From: Sedimentisphaerales bacterium
Lineage (GTDB): Bacteria; Planctomycetota; Phycisphaerae; Sedimentisphaerales; Anaerobacaceae
NCBI GenBank assembly: GCA_963708075.1
Contig: OY970194.1
Span: 6,912,001 to 6,976,000, forward strand
Direction: 5' to 3'
Length of the DNA stretch: 64,000 nucleotides
The notes beneath the pieces were generated by a model, which was not told where the DNA came from, made no database searches, and worked only from the letters and a program-made list of their open reading frames with translations. Position numbers and translations under genes: made by a program. Shown here one piece after another: positions 8,663 through 19,430 of the stretch. Each line of letters begins with the position of its first letter. Position 1 is the first letter of the stretch.

Positions 8663-9577
8663 ATGTACTTGGCTGAACTACATGGCAAACTCTCTTCGAG
8701 GGTAGAGAGAGCAGAAGACATCCTTACATCAAATGTCTTCTCTTTCTTCAAGTACTGCAATCGGACTGTGTTCCTGCGACAGTATCTAATCCTGCTCGGC
8801 TTCAATGTTTCTGAAGACGAGGCCAATGATGCCGAATTCACGTTCTGGCCTCGATTTGATGAGAATACTGAGCCGGATTTGGTGATTCGGGTTGGAGGTC
8901 GTTATCTCCTGTTTGAGGCAAAGTACCGCTCAGGATTTGGAGAGGCGAGCCGCACGAGTGACGCACAGCTTGTGCGCGAAATGAAAGGTGGCATGCTGGA
9001 AGCTGGCAACGACGGCAGACACTTCTCCTTGGTAGCGATCACAGCGGATTACTTCTTCAGACCAGACAAGTTCACATGCATACTACCAAAGCACCAAGAC
9101 ACATTTAGATGGACCAGTTGGCAGAAGGTAGCCGCGCTCCTTTACCATGTCCTTGAGAGTGATATTCAATTAGACAACCATGAGAGAGGATTTGCAGAGG
9201 ATCTTTACGACCTGCTATGTAAGAAGAACCTGCGAGTTTATGGAGGTGTTCGAGCATTCGCGAACGCCCGATACAAACCCATGGCATATGATACTGTCTT
9301 CTTTGATGCTGCAACAGCAGCATTCCGAGGGGATTTCGTTGGGTTTTCCAAGAGTCTGTCTTACGAGTCCAGGCTGATACCTCCATCTATCTCGATATTT
9401 CTGAACACAGAGATTGCATCGCATCGTCCCGACAGCCATCCTCGGATAGGTCCCAAGGACAGGACGCAACATCGAGCATCCGCCCATCGGGTACTCTTCA
9501 GGTCTGTCCTGGACAGAGATATTCAGCGCACAACGAGTCCATCCATTTTCTTCAGGAGAGACGCACGTGGAGAATAG
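8663..9577 (+). CDS. PD-(D/E)XK restriction-endonuclease-fold protein
   Basis: ED.LTS.VF ... TEPDLVI ... LFEAKY ... QLVRE pattern. Visibly more AT-rich than the flanking genes. GAGGA RBS. Confidence 0.7.
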   Translation: MYLAELHGKLSSRVERAEDILTSNVFSFFKYCNRTVFLRQYLILLGFNVSEDEANDAEFTFWPRFDENTEPDLVIRVGGRYLLFEAKYRSGFGEASRTSDAQLVREMKGGMLEAGNDGRHFSLVAITADYFFRPDKFTCILPKHQDTFRWTSWQKVAALLYHVLESDIQLDNHERGFAEDLYDLLCKKNLRVYGGVRAFANARYKPMAYDTVFFDAATAAFRGDFVGFSKSLSYESRLIPPSISIFLNTEIASHRPDSHPRIGPKDRTQHRASAHRVLFRSVLDRDIQRTTSPSIFFRRDARGE

Positions 9578-10168
9578 ACCGCAGATCGTACAGCAGTGTC
9601 AGTACGCATTTGAGTTCATTCAGAAGCTGTTCCTGGAAGTCTCATACCTGGTAAAGGAGGTTGAAGGGCTGCTTCTGGAAGAGGACTTTGTGATCGGCAG
9701 GCCCTCGGGTTATCAGATTAGCTCAAGGGGCTCATCTGGCCTTGAACCCGTGCATGTGAACATGTGGTTACTCCGGAAGTTTGCCGTCTTTTTTGCGCAA
9801 GCGACACGATCGCCACAGACAAGGGGCAGACGAGACTGTCAATCGAGAATCCAACAAAGGTGGTCTATCTGAGAGTGATCTTGCGCGACGAGAAGCTGGC
9901 AGAGCCCACGGTTTATGCAGGTGCATTGTACAACATCCAAAAGGCTCCTGATACAGGGTGGCCTACGAAGTTCGAGCAGGCAATGCAGCATATTGAATAC
10001 AATGATGAGAAGATATTCAAAGGGGACCTGCGCAGACTGGAGTATCGCGATTCGAAGATCATGTTGAGGGGTGACTTGCTTAGCATGCCCCTGTTCGACA
10101 TAAATGACAGCGAAGCTATCGTAGAGAAGCTTGTCAAGCCGTGCCTTGAGTTGCATAAGCAGCACTGA
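9567..10168 (+). CDS. Hypothetical protein (~200 aa) split by a frameshift near the T6 run at ~9789-9800
   Basis: ORFs 9567-9872 and 9764-10168 overlap and read as one protein (..RKFAVFF/ASDTIATDKG..). AGGAG RBS. Overlaps the end of the upstream gene. AT-rich. Confidence 0.6.
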
Positions 10169-10444
10169 GCAACTGCTATAAGGCGCGATGGGAAAATCGG
10201 CCCTCTGAAATCTTGGTAGTTCCTCGACTTCCATGCGCGTGCGTAGGAACGACATCTCGTGGATCTCAGGAGACGCATTTCCGTTGGCCGACTATGGGCC
10301 GATCTGGGGGGCTTGCAGGGTGCGGGCTTGTCGGTGAAGACGCCGGGCTGGTATGTCAATGACGGATGGACACAGTCGGCCTGGCGTTTCAACGAGCACT
10401 TGGTAACACTTGCCCCGTTTGACCGTCTTTACTGTGACGAGTCA

Positions 10445-12768
10445 ATGAGAGTTGTTCGTGTGAGGAGCAGAACTGTGGTCCAGTTGCTGGCGTCGACGCC
10501 CGGAAGCATGCTTGTATCCGCATCTATTGTCTTGGTTTGCCTCGGGTCTGCTTTGGGGCAGAATGCTTCGTTCACGAATCCTGATTTTGAGGAGGGCGAG
10601 CCGGGGCAAGCGCCAAGCGGCTGGATGGTCCCGAAGATGCTGGCGGACCAGGGATTCACGGCGGTGCTGACAGCACAGGGACCTCAGTCCGGCAAGCTCT
10701 GCGCGGAGATCCGCTGGCCGACGCGCGGGACGCCGACGGTCCCGTTTGCGAACCTCATGCAATCGATTGACGCTGCGCCTGGCGGGGCAAGCAGATCAAG
10801 GTCACAGCAGCCATTCGGGTCGCCTCGGCCGAGAGCGGCAAACGTGCCCAGATGTGGCTGCGCGTGGACCGCGCGGGCGGCATGGGAGCGTTCGACAACA
10901 TGGGCAACCGCCCCGTGCGAGGGCAAACCTGGGCCGATTATTCGATCACTGCCGAGATCGCAGATGATGCACAAAAGATCAACCTCGGACTGATGACTTT
11001 CAACGGCGTGACGGCGTGGTGGGACAACATCCGGATGGAAGTCGTCGGCGAGTTCACAACGCTCAAGGACCCGCCGCGACCGCTGGAGGATGCAGGCCTG
11101 GGCAATCTCGTGGCCTTCACCCGCCTTCTGGGCTACGTGCGTCACTTCCATCCATCCGATGCAGCCGCAACCAGCGATTGGCTGCGGTTCGTTGTCCAGG
11201 CGTTGCCTGAGGTGGAGAATGCACGGGATTCCATCGCTCTGGCGACCGAGCTCCAGGCGGCGTTTCAGTCCATCGCTCCCACTGTCCGGGTATTCCAGAC
11301 CGGCAAGGAGCCGGCACTACCCGCGGAACTGCAGCCGCCGGCAGACAGCGATGGATTGAAGGTCCGCTTCTGGGAACATATCGGCTGTGGTCCCGCCGCG
11401 GGAGGAGTTGCCGGGAGCATCTATAGCAGTCAGCGGTTGACGGTGGATGCGCGGGACCCTGCTTCTCTGCCGCAGTATGCGCAACCGGCCAATGTCTTTC
11501 GTGCCGATCTCGGCGAGGGCGTGAGTTGCTGCGTGCCTGTCGCTCTCTTTGCGGATGCTGCGGGTACGTTGTCCCACCAGAAGCCGGACGCTCCGGCTAC
11601 GGACGCAAGCCAGACGCGATTCTCTGTCGCACATCGAGGTGCACGCCTGGCGATGGTGATGCTGACTTGGAACATACTCCAGCATTTCTATCCGTACTTC
11701 GATGTCGTGGGAACGGATTGGGGCAAGGAACTGGAGATCGCGTTGCGGGCCGCTGCTACCGACGCGGATGATGCCGCCTTCTACGGGACGCTCAATCGGC
11801 TGGTTGTGCAACTGCATGACGGCCACGGCAGTCTAAGCGGACCGGGGATACCGCTAGTGGCACCCTTGCAGGCAAGAGTCGAGTTGATCGAGGATCAGAT
11901 CGTGGTGACTGGCGTGCCGTCGGAAACGCCGGACCTGAAGGCGGGCGACGTGGTGGAGCGGATCGGGGGCCGTCCTGCGCGGGAGGTCTTCGACGAGATT
12001 GCCGGCGAGATTTCAGCCGCGACGCCGCAATGGAGGAACTGGAAGGCGGCCCAGCAATTCGGCCCGAGGCCGCCGGCAAGCACAGCAACGCTGGAAGTCC
12101 GGGGCACCGACGGCCAGATCCGCACGGCGAAAGTGGCATGCGGAGGTTCAAAGGCAGACGACGCGATCCGCCGCTTGCCCAAGCTGCATGAGATCAAGCC
12201 CGGCATCTGGTATGTCGATGTCACCCGACTGACGGACGCCGAATTCAACGCGGCCCTTCCGGACCTGGCGAAGGCCGGGGGCCTCGTCTTCGAAATGCGA
12301 GGCTACCCCGCGGGGCACCAGTGGCTCGGCCACCTCAGCTCCAGGAAGCTCGAATCGGCTCTCTGGAACGTGCCCAAGTTACATCGTCCGGACCGTACGG
12401 ACGTGGAATGGATCATGACTGGCCGCTGGAATCTCGACGTGAAGCAGCCGCAACTGACCACAAACCGGGCATTCCTCACGGACGGCTCGGCGATCAGCTA
12501 TGCGGAGAGCGTGATGGGAATCGTCGAAGCCTACAAGCTCGGCGAGATCGTGGGCGGTCCCACCGCCGGCACCAACGGCAACGTCAATCCGACCGAGTTA
12601 CCGCTCGGCTATCGCGTCTGGTGGACCGGCATGAAAGTCCTCAAGCACGACGGCAGCCGGCATCACGGCGTAGGCATTCAGCCGACCGTTCCTGTCTCCA
12701 AGACCATCCAGGGCATTCGCGAGGGTCGCGACGAGCAATTGGATCGAGCCCTGAGCCTGCTGAAATGA
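10445..12768 (+). CDS. Secreted S41-family peptidase with an N-terminal CBM-like domain and a PDZ-like domain; frameshift at ~10778
   Basis: Signal peptide, NPDFEEG..P.GW, LHDGH, EMRGYP, AISYAE (catalytic Ser), TAGTNGN, HG.GIQP. Restoring one base gives QSIDAAPWRGKQIKV..MWLRVD. Confidence 0.8.
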
Positions 12769-12778
12769 GCCATCTGCA

Positions 12779-13812
12779 TCACAGCCACAGGGTGGCGAGG
12801 GTGAAGTAGAACAGCAGGGTGAGGATGTCGGTCAGGGCGAAGGTGAGGGGGCCGGCGGCGATTTTCGGGTCCAGGCGCAGGGCGTGCAGCAGGGTCGGTA
12901 TGGTCAAGCCGGAGACGCACGCGGAGCACAGTGACAGCACGATACTGCCTCCGATGACCAGCGCGGGGGCCGCCTCCTGCCGCCATAGCCCGGCGATCAG
13001 GGCCACTATGCTGCCGCAGGAGACTCCAAGGAGGACCGCCGTCTTCAACTCCCGGCGAAGCGTTCTGATGTACCAGCGCAGGGTCGGCCGGGCGGCGCCA
13101 AGGCCTGGATCGTCACGGCCATGGACTGGCTACTCACGCTCTCGCCGAGGCCCAGGATCAGCGTGATGAAGAATGCCAGCACGAGGCTCTGTGCCAGCGT
13201 CGCCTCGAATGCACCCGCCAGCAGGGCACAGAAGATACCGCTGGTGATCGTCGCCAGGAGCCAGGGGAATCGGAATCGGAACACGCGGACCGGCGAGGCG
13301 TCGCGGACCTGGGCCACGCGAAAGCCGATGAGCTCGAAGACCTCGTTGGTCTTCTGCCGCTCGGCGATATCGAAGACCTCATCCGTGAACATGCTCACGT
13401 CCACGATGCCCACCATATGCTGCTGATCATCGACGACCGGGAAGGCGAGAAACCTGTACATGACGAAGAACTCGCAGGCGTCGAGAAGGGAAGCCGTGTC
13501 GGGGATGGTGACCACGTGGCGAATCATGATATCCGAGAGGCATTGCTGCAGGTTCGCCGTGAGGAGCTGGCGCGTGGGCACCACGCCCACGAGGCGATCC
13601 TGCTCATCCACGATGTAGAAGTAGACGATCCGTTCGCCGTTTTCATGGTCCGATGGCGCCGGTTCGCCGGAGTCCGCCGCCTCACGGGCGTGGCTGCCGC
13701 TTCGAATCGCATCGAGGGCCTGCTGGACCGTCAGGTCTTGCCGCAGGACGATGAAGTCCTTGCGTGCGACGGTCGCCACGGGCCGATCAGAATGTGCCAG
13801 GCTCTGAATCAT
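12779..13812 (-). CDS. mgtE: Magnesium transporter MgtE-like (CBS pair plus TM domain, no N domain); frameshift at ~13095
   Basis: YFYIVD..RLVGVV, AFPVVD...MVGIV, RFPWL, LDPKIAAGPL...LTD motifs. Confidence 0.85.
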
Positions 13813-13889
13813 GTCAAACGATCTACTTCCTTTATCGGAGGGCGGCCGTGCAAAACTTGGAAAATCCCCGTGCACCGGGCATGGGCATG

Positions 13890-14057
13890 GTCGGCAATCG
13901 GTGGCGGATTCAGGGCTCAACGTAGGACGAGCGTCCTCGCTCGTCCCTCTTGGGCTGTGGCCCTGCACAGCATCCGATTCACGGCAAGGGCCCGGGATGG
14001 TCGTGCGGGGACGCACGACCTACGAAGAGGCTCGCCGCTTACCACCATATTCCGACC
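13890..14057 (-). repeat. REPIN family A, copy 2 (uninterrupted)
   Basis: Reverse complement matches 3756-3910 and continues with GAATCCGCCACCGA..GCCGACC, which matches 4243-4265. Confidence 0.85.
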
Positions 14058-14333
14058 GAACCGCCAGGCGTTCACACCGACCCTTACGACTTGGGGCACG
14101 CGATGTGCGGCCTGTCGGGGCTTTGATTTTGGAAGGGCCGGACTGTAGAATTGTGGAGTCGTTGTCTGGACGGGGGAGTTTTTGGTTGGATGTCCGGATT
14201 TTTTGAAGAAACCGGCCCTGTCGGGAGTCTGTTTAGGAGAATGCCAGGGATCAAGGCTGGGCAGTCGTCAGTTGTCAGCCACCAGTGGCCCGGGCTGCTC
14301 AACGTTTCGCTGAGGACCGACAACTGACAACTG

Positions 14334-14362
14334 GGAACCAGGACGGTTTTTTGGCATTCTGA
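14334..14362 (+). promoter_or_regulatory. Candidate ECF-type autoregulatory promoter
   Basis: GGAACCA-N17-TCTGA just upstream of the ECF sigma gene. Confidence 0.3.
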
Positions 14363-14373
14363 GGTGTTCAGAA

Positions 14374-15003
14374 GTGGGCACGGTATGCGAAGAAAACGCG
14401 GCGGCCTTGTGGGACTCCGGGCAGAGTCCGCGCGAGGCCTTTGAAGGCATTGTCAAAAGGCACATGAAAGATGCCTACTTCATCGCATTGGGCCTGGTCG
14501 GCAACCGTGAGGACGCTTTGGAGCTTTCACAGGAGGCGTTTTATCGGGCCTACAAACACTTCGATCAACTCAACTCCAAGGGCAAGTTCTTCCCCTGGTT
14601 CTACCAGATCCTGCGAAACCTGTGCTTCAGCCACCTTCGTAAGAGGCGCGTCCGGCGAGACTATCAAGTGCGGAATTCGGAATGCGGAGTGCGGAGTAAC
14701 GACTGCGAATCCAGCTCGCAATCGGAAATCCGCGATGCGCAATCAGACGAGATCGCCGATCATTTCGATCCGGAGATGGTTGCGGAGCGAAACGAAACTA
14801 AGGATCGCATCTGGCGGGCGATCGGCCAGCTCGATGAAAAGCACCGGGAGGTGATCGTGCTGCGGCATTTCCAGGACATGTCGTACGACGAGATGGCGCA
14901 GGTGCTCTTCTGTAATCGGGGGACGGTGACCAGCCGCCTGTTTTACGCCCGCCAGCGGCTCAAAGAAATACTGGACCATGAGAAAGGAGGTCAGGAACAA
15001 TGA
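14374..15003 (+). CDS. ECF RNA polymerase sigma factor
   Basis: DA.ELSQEAF.RAY, F.PWFYQILRN, L.EKHREVIVLR..MSYDE.A, GTVTSRL..AR..L. Confidence 0.92.
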   Translation: MGTVCEENAAALWDSGQSPREAFEGIVKRHMKDAYFIALGLVGNREDALELSQEAFYRAYKHFDQLNSKGKFFPWFYQILRNLCFSHLRKRRVRRDYQVRNSECGVRSNDCESSSQSEIRDAQSDEIADHFDPEMVAERNETKDRIWRAIGQLDEKHREVIVLRHFQDMSYDEMAQVLFCNRGTVTSRLFYARQRLKEILDHEKGGQEQ

Positions 15004-15446
15004 CCTGCCAGGATCACAAAGACCTCATGATGGCTTATTTGGATGACGAACTGGATGATGAGCAGAAGCGAGCCTTCGAGGCACATCTTGCCTCGTGCGG
15101 CGATTGTGCGAAGGATATGGAGGAATTCAAGAAGCTCAAACAGATGACGGATTGCGTAGCGTTTGCGGAGCCGGAGGACCGGATCTGGGACGAGTACTGG
15201 AATCACCTCTACAATCGGATCGAGCGAGGCGCGGGCTGGATCCTGTTCTCCGTGGCTGCGATTTCTCTGCTCCTCTATGGTGGTTTCGAGCTCATCGAGA
15301 CCATCATCGAAGATCGGACCGTTGGGGTCCTGGCCAAGGTCGGCCTGCTGGCTCTCATTGGCGGGCTGGCCATCCTGTTTGTCTCTGTATTGCGCGAGAG
15401 AGTTTACTTCTGGGGCAGGGACCGCTATAAAGATGTCAGGAGATGA
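15000..15446 (+). CDS. Membrane anti-sigma factor with zinc-binding HxxxCxxC (zf-HC2) motif
   Basis: MTC...YLD.EL..AHLASCGDC, two TM helices, ATGA overlap with the sigma gene. Confidence 0.88.
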   Translation: MTCQDHKDLMMAYLDDELDDEQKRAFEAHLASCGDCAKDMEEFKKLKQMTDCVAFAEPEDRIWDEYWNHLYNRIERGAGWILFSVAAISLLLYGGFELIETIIEDRTVGVLAKVGLLALIGGLAILFVSVLRERVYFWGRDRYKDVRR

Positions 15447-15450
15447 CACT

Positions 15451-15765
15451 ATGTTGTTGTCAACGACAGAATCGATACCGGGAAAGAAGGTCGTCAAGCA
15501 CCTCGGCTTAGTACGGGGCAACACGATCCGCGCCCGGCACGTCGGCAAAGACATCGTGGCGGGCCTGCGGAACCTCGTCGGCGGCGAGGTCGTCGAATAC
15601 ACCAAGCTGCTGGCCGAATCGCGCGAGCAGGCCATCGACCGGATGTGCGAGGAGGCGAAGAAGCTCGGGGCCAATGCGATCGTTGGAATGCGCTTCTCGA
15701 CGGCTGAGGTGATGACACATGCGGCCGAGATTCTCGCCTATGGCACCGCCGTGGTCGTCGAATAG
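15451..15765 (+). CDS. ybjQ: YbjQ/UPF0145 family protein
   Basis: TTESIPG..LGLVRG..DIVAGLRNLVGGE..YT.LL.ESRE.A..GANAIVG..AYGTAV. Confidence 0.92.
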   Translation: MLLSTTESIPGKKVVKHLGLVRGNTIRARHVGKDIVAGLRNLVGGEVVEYTKLLAESREQAIDRMCEEAKKLGANAIVGMRFSTAEVMTHAAEILAYGTAVVVE

Positions 15766-15847
15766 AAATCCTGCCTTGTCCCTGCTGACGCTGGAGACCA
15801 TCGCCAAGGGGATCGAAGTGCACGGCAAACAACAATGACAGAGGTGA

Positions 15848-16393
15848 ATGAACGTGGATGAAAAGCAGATCGATCCGGGGCATAGCTCCGCGCGAGATAC
15901 CCTGCGAATCGTTGGACCGGTGATTGCACTGGTGGGCCTGATCTTCATCATGGTGGGGACCGTGGATTTCTTCCGTGCCTTTGGCGGCGATGGGCCGCCG
16001 AAGCTGTTCTGGTGCCCATTCATCGGCATACCGTTGTTGTTCGTCGGCGGTGTCTTGAGCTCCTATGGCTACATGGGTAAAGTGGCACGCTACCAGGCCC
16101 AGGAGATGGCTCCCGTAGTGAAGGACACATTCAACTACGTGGCCGAGGGGACGAGCGAAGGGATCAAGACCGTCGCGGGCGCTATCGGACAAGGTCTTCG
16201 CGAAGGGGGCCTGGGCAGCGGCTCGCAAACGATGGTTCGCTGCCACAAGTGCAACGCCCTGGTTGGAGTCGATGCGAAGTTCTGCAGTCAGTGCGGCCAG
16301 GCAACGGGAAAGGCGAAAGCGTGCCCACAGTGCCGGGAGTTGAACGATCCGGACGCGGCATTCTGCGACAACTGCGGCTACAAGTACACCTAA
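15848..16393 (+). CDS. Membrane protein with a C-terminal double zinc ribbon
   Basis: Two TM segments, then CHKC..FCSQCG..CPQC..FCDNCG. Confidence 0.85.
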   Translation: MNVDEKQIDPGHSSARDTLRIVGPVIALVGLIFIMVGTVDFFRAFGGDGPPKLFWCPFIGIPLLFVGGVLSSYGYMGKVARYQAQEMAPVVKDTFNYVAEGTSEGIKTVAGAIGQGLREGGLGSGSQTMVRCHKCNALVGVDAKFCSQCGQATGKAKACPQCRELNDPDAAFCDNCGYKYT

Positions 16394-17172
16394 AGCATGA
16401 GTAGGCTGACGGCCATCACGAGCATGCCGAGAACGATGCCGCTGATGACCAGGTGCCCGTGACCATAGCGATGAGCCATGGGCAGCAGCTCATCGAGAGA
16501 GATGTAGATCATGATGCCCGCCACGGCTGCCAGGATGCCCGCCAGCAGGCCGGGCGTCAGGAACGGCATCAGCAAAAGGTAGCCGAGCAGGGCCCCAACG
16601 GGCTCCGCCACGCCGGAGAGGAAGGAATAGAAGAACGCCTTGTTCTTGCTTTTCGTCGCGTAGAAGATCGGCACGGATACGGCGATTCCCTCAGGAATGT
16701 TGTGGATCGCGATGGCGATCGCAATGAAGGCCCCGACACGCACATTGCTCAAGGCGGAGGCGAACGTGGCCAGGCCTTCCGGCAGGTTATGGATCCCGAT
16801 TGCCAGCGCCGTCATGACCCCCATACGCATCAGTTGGCGGTCGTCATGCTCGAGTGCCTCGGGCGCGTCCAGTCCCTCGTAGTTATGCGGATTCTCCGGC
16901 TCCGGGACGAGCAGGTCCACCATCGCGATGAAAGCAATCCCGATGAAGAAGAAGAACACACCGGTCGCCTCTCCCACGCTGGCGATGGCGCTGGGAAGCA
17001 GCTCCATGAAGGAGACATACACCATCACACCCGCCGACAGGCCCAGCGAGAACGAGAGATAAACGACTCTGGGATGCCCGATGAAATAGGCGATGGCGCT
17101 GCCGATGCCGGTGGACAACCCCGCCAGCAGCGTCAGTCCCAGTGCCACACCTACATTCTGTGATCCATCCAT
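16390..17172 (-). CDS. zupT: ZIP-family zinc transporter ZupT
   Basis: LAGLSTGIG, SAGVMVYVSF.E, HNLPEG and HNIPEG, SG.AEP.GA, AGIMIYISLDELLP. Confidence 0.93.
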   Translation of the reverse strand: MDGSQNVGVALGLTLLAGLSTGIGSAIAYFIGHPRVVYLSFSLGLSAGVMVYVSFMELLPSAIASVGEATGVFFFFIGIAFIAMVDLLVPEPENPHNYEGLDAPEALEHDDRQLMRMGVMTALAIGIHNLPEGLATFASALSNVRVGAFIAIAIAIHNIPEGIAVSVPIFYATKSKNKAFFYSFLSGVAEPVGALLGYLLLMPFLTPGLLAGILAAVAGIMIYISLDELLPMAHRYGHGHLVISGIVLGMLVMAVSLLML

Positions 17173-17315
17173 GTCAGCCTGTACGCAAGTTGCAGTGCGC
17201 GGTGCGTGATAACCCCGCCATCTTACTGCTTTCGTCACGTGCTATCATCGTTTAGGATAGCGTCACGTCGTCCCTGGAACAAGAACGTATTACCCACAGG
17301 TCACGGGGTGAGCAA

Positions 17316-19250
17316 ATGGCAAATGCGTTTGTGATCATTAGCATCTGTACTGTGATGGCCGCTGGATCGCCGGCTGGGACAAATGAATCTGGGGATTCTA
17401 CCGCGTTCTTCGTGGCGCCCGGGGGCAGCGACAGTTGGTCTGGGCGGCTGGCGCAGGTCAACGCCGATCGCACGGACGGGCCACTGGCGACGCTGGAGGC
17501 AGCGTGCCGGGCGGCACGTAAAGTGGGTACGAAGCAGACGCGGACGATCGTGGTTCAGGAGGGGCAGTACTCCGTCAACGAGCCGCTGGTGCTTACGAGC
17601 GAAGACAATGGCCTGCGCATCGTTGGCGAATCGGGCGGAAAGGCTTGCCTGTACGGCGGCAGGAAGGTGGGGGGATGGGAGAAGGACGGGGACAGGTTCT
17701 ATGCGGCTGAATTGCCGGGCGTCAAGGAGGGCAAATGGGACTTCCGAGCCCTGATCGTCAACGGGCGATTCTGCCCGCGGGCACGGCTCCCGAAGCAGGG
17801 CTACTTTGAGCACTTGAGCCAGTTCGATGTTCCGTGGATGTCCACCACCGGAGGCGGCTGGAAACGCAAGCCGACGAACGAGGAACTGACCACCATGAAG
17901 TATAAGCCCGAGGACCTTGGCCCCTGGCTCGATATCCGCAGTGCCGAGATCACTGTCTACCACATGTGGGATGAGTCGCTTGTCGGCGTCTCCGCCAATG
18001 ACCCGAACTCGCACGCGCTGACCTTTTCGACCCCGGCGGGGCATCCGCCCGGCGCGTTTGGCGTTAAGAAGTATATCCTGTGGAACGTGCGGGAAGGCAT
18101 GACCGAGCCGGGACAGTGGTACCTGGACCGGACCCGGGGCAAGGTCGTCTATTGGCCGCTGCCGGGTGAGGACATGGCTGCGGCAGAAGTTATCGCTCCC
18201 ACCGTCGAATCCATCATTACAGTCAAAGGCACGAAGGACAACCCTGCAAAGGATATTGTGGTCCAGGGGCTGACTCTGGCCGTCACGACAACGCCGCTGG
18301 AGGCGGGCGGTTTTGGCGCGGAGAAGTTCGGCGGAGCGGTCAACGCCGCCTTTGCCCAGGGCTGCACGTTTGCCGATCTTGAGATTGTCAACGCCGGCGG
18401 GCAGGCCATCAAGGTGTCCGGCTCAAACCTGCGCATCGAGAGATGTCACACGCATCACGTCGGCGCGTGCGGCATCCGCTTCAACGGCAGCGGCACGAAG
18501 ATTACAGACAATCGCGTTCACGATGTTGGCCTGACGTATCCCAGCGCCATCGCCCTGACCGGCAGCGGGCAGAATTGCGAGATCAGCCACAACCACATGT
18601 ACAATACGCCGTACTCCGCCATGACCTGCGGCGGCAAGAACAATCGCATCGAGGCCAACCGCATCCACAACGCCATGCAGGAACTGCACGATGGGGCGGG
18701 CATCTACTGCTTTGGCGGCAAGGGCCTGGTTCTGCGCGGCAACTTCATTTACGATATCACCGACACGGGCGGTTACGGCGCCTCGGCGTACTACCTCGAT
18801 GAGCAGTGCGAGGGCTGCCTCGTGGAGAATAACCTGTCCGTGAACGTAGTCCGGCCCTCGCACAATCACATGGCGACGAACAACGCGATCCGCAATAACG
18901 TCTTCATCAGCGACACGGACATGCAGATCACATTCCCTCGTTCCTCCGGCTATACGTTCGAGAGGAATATCCTGTGCGCCAGGGGCAAGATCACGTTCGA
19001 CAACTACGAGGGGATCGCCACGACGGCGAACAACATCCTGTTCAGCGCAGAAGGCGTGATCCAATGTCACAAGCTGGACCAGTACAATCGAACCGGCAGC
19101 TACACCCTTGAGCCCAGCGGCTCCGATCGTCACGCCGATCCGAAGCTGGCAGCCTGGCAGCAGGGCAAGGTTCAGTTCGCTCCCGGCTCGCCCGCTGCCG
19201 AGCTGGGCATCCAGCCCATCGACGTCAGTACCGCCGGACCACGGGACTAG
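17316..19250 (+). CDS. Secreted right-handed parallel beta-helix protein (GH141-like architecture)
   Basis: FFVAP.G.D.WSG..DGP.ATLE.A, PGQWYLD, L.DGAGIY, YYLDE, signal peptide. Confidence 0.8.
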   Translation: MANAFVIISICTVMAAGSPAGTNESGDSTAFFVAPGGSDSWSGRLAQVNADRTDGPLATLEAACRAARKVGTKQTRTIVVQEGQYSVNEPLVLTSEDNGLRIVGESGGKACLYGGRKVGGWEKDGDRFYAAELPGVKEGKWDFRALIVNGRFCPRARLPKQGYFEHLSQFDVPWMSTTGGGWKRKPTNEELTTMKYKPEDLGPWLDIRSAEITVYHMWDESLVGVSANDPNSHALTFSTPAGHPPGAFGVKKYILWNVREGMTEPGQWYLDRTRGKVVYWPLPGEDMAAAEVIAPTVESIITVKGTKDNPAKDIVVQGLTLAVTTTPLEAGGFGAEKFGGAVNAAFAQGCTFADLEIVNAGGQAIKVSGSNLRIERCHTHHVGACGIRFNGSGTKITDNRVHDVGLTYPSAIALTGSGQNCEISHNHMYNTPYSAMTCGGKNNRIEANRIHNAMQELHDGAGIYCFGGKGLVLRGNFIYDITDTGGYGASAYYLDEQCEGCLVENNLSVNVVRPSHNHMATNNAIRNNVFISDTDMQITFPRSSGYTFERNILCARGKITFDNYEGIATTANNILFSAEGVIQCHKLDQYNRTGSYTLEPSGSDRHADPKLAAWQQGKVQFAPGSPAAELGIQPIDVSTAGPRD

Positions 19251-19294
19251 TACTCCGGCTATCCGAAAACGGTGCTTACAGAATATTGCTTATG

Positions 19295-19413
19295 ATGGGT
19301 GGCAGCGGCAAGCGCCGGCTTGCCGATGGCCCATGTCTACGTCTGCACGCCATCGGCAAGCTCCGAAGACTCCGCTTGGTGCTGCCATCCGGTATCCACC
19401 AGATCAGAATAGC
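19295..19413 (+). repeat. 119-bp REPIN family B, copy 1, between convergent genes
   Basis: GGGTGGCAG-CGGCAAGC..GCTTGCCG doublet. Near-identical reverse-complement copy at 28718-28836. Confidence 0.88.
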
Positions 19414-19430
19414 CAGAGCACTGGAGCCTG

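Noticed and set aside
13813..14100. M-box magnesium riboswitch upstream of mgtE
   Set aside because: The structured sequence there is REPIN A, which also occurs at 3756 in an unrelated context.
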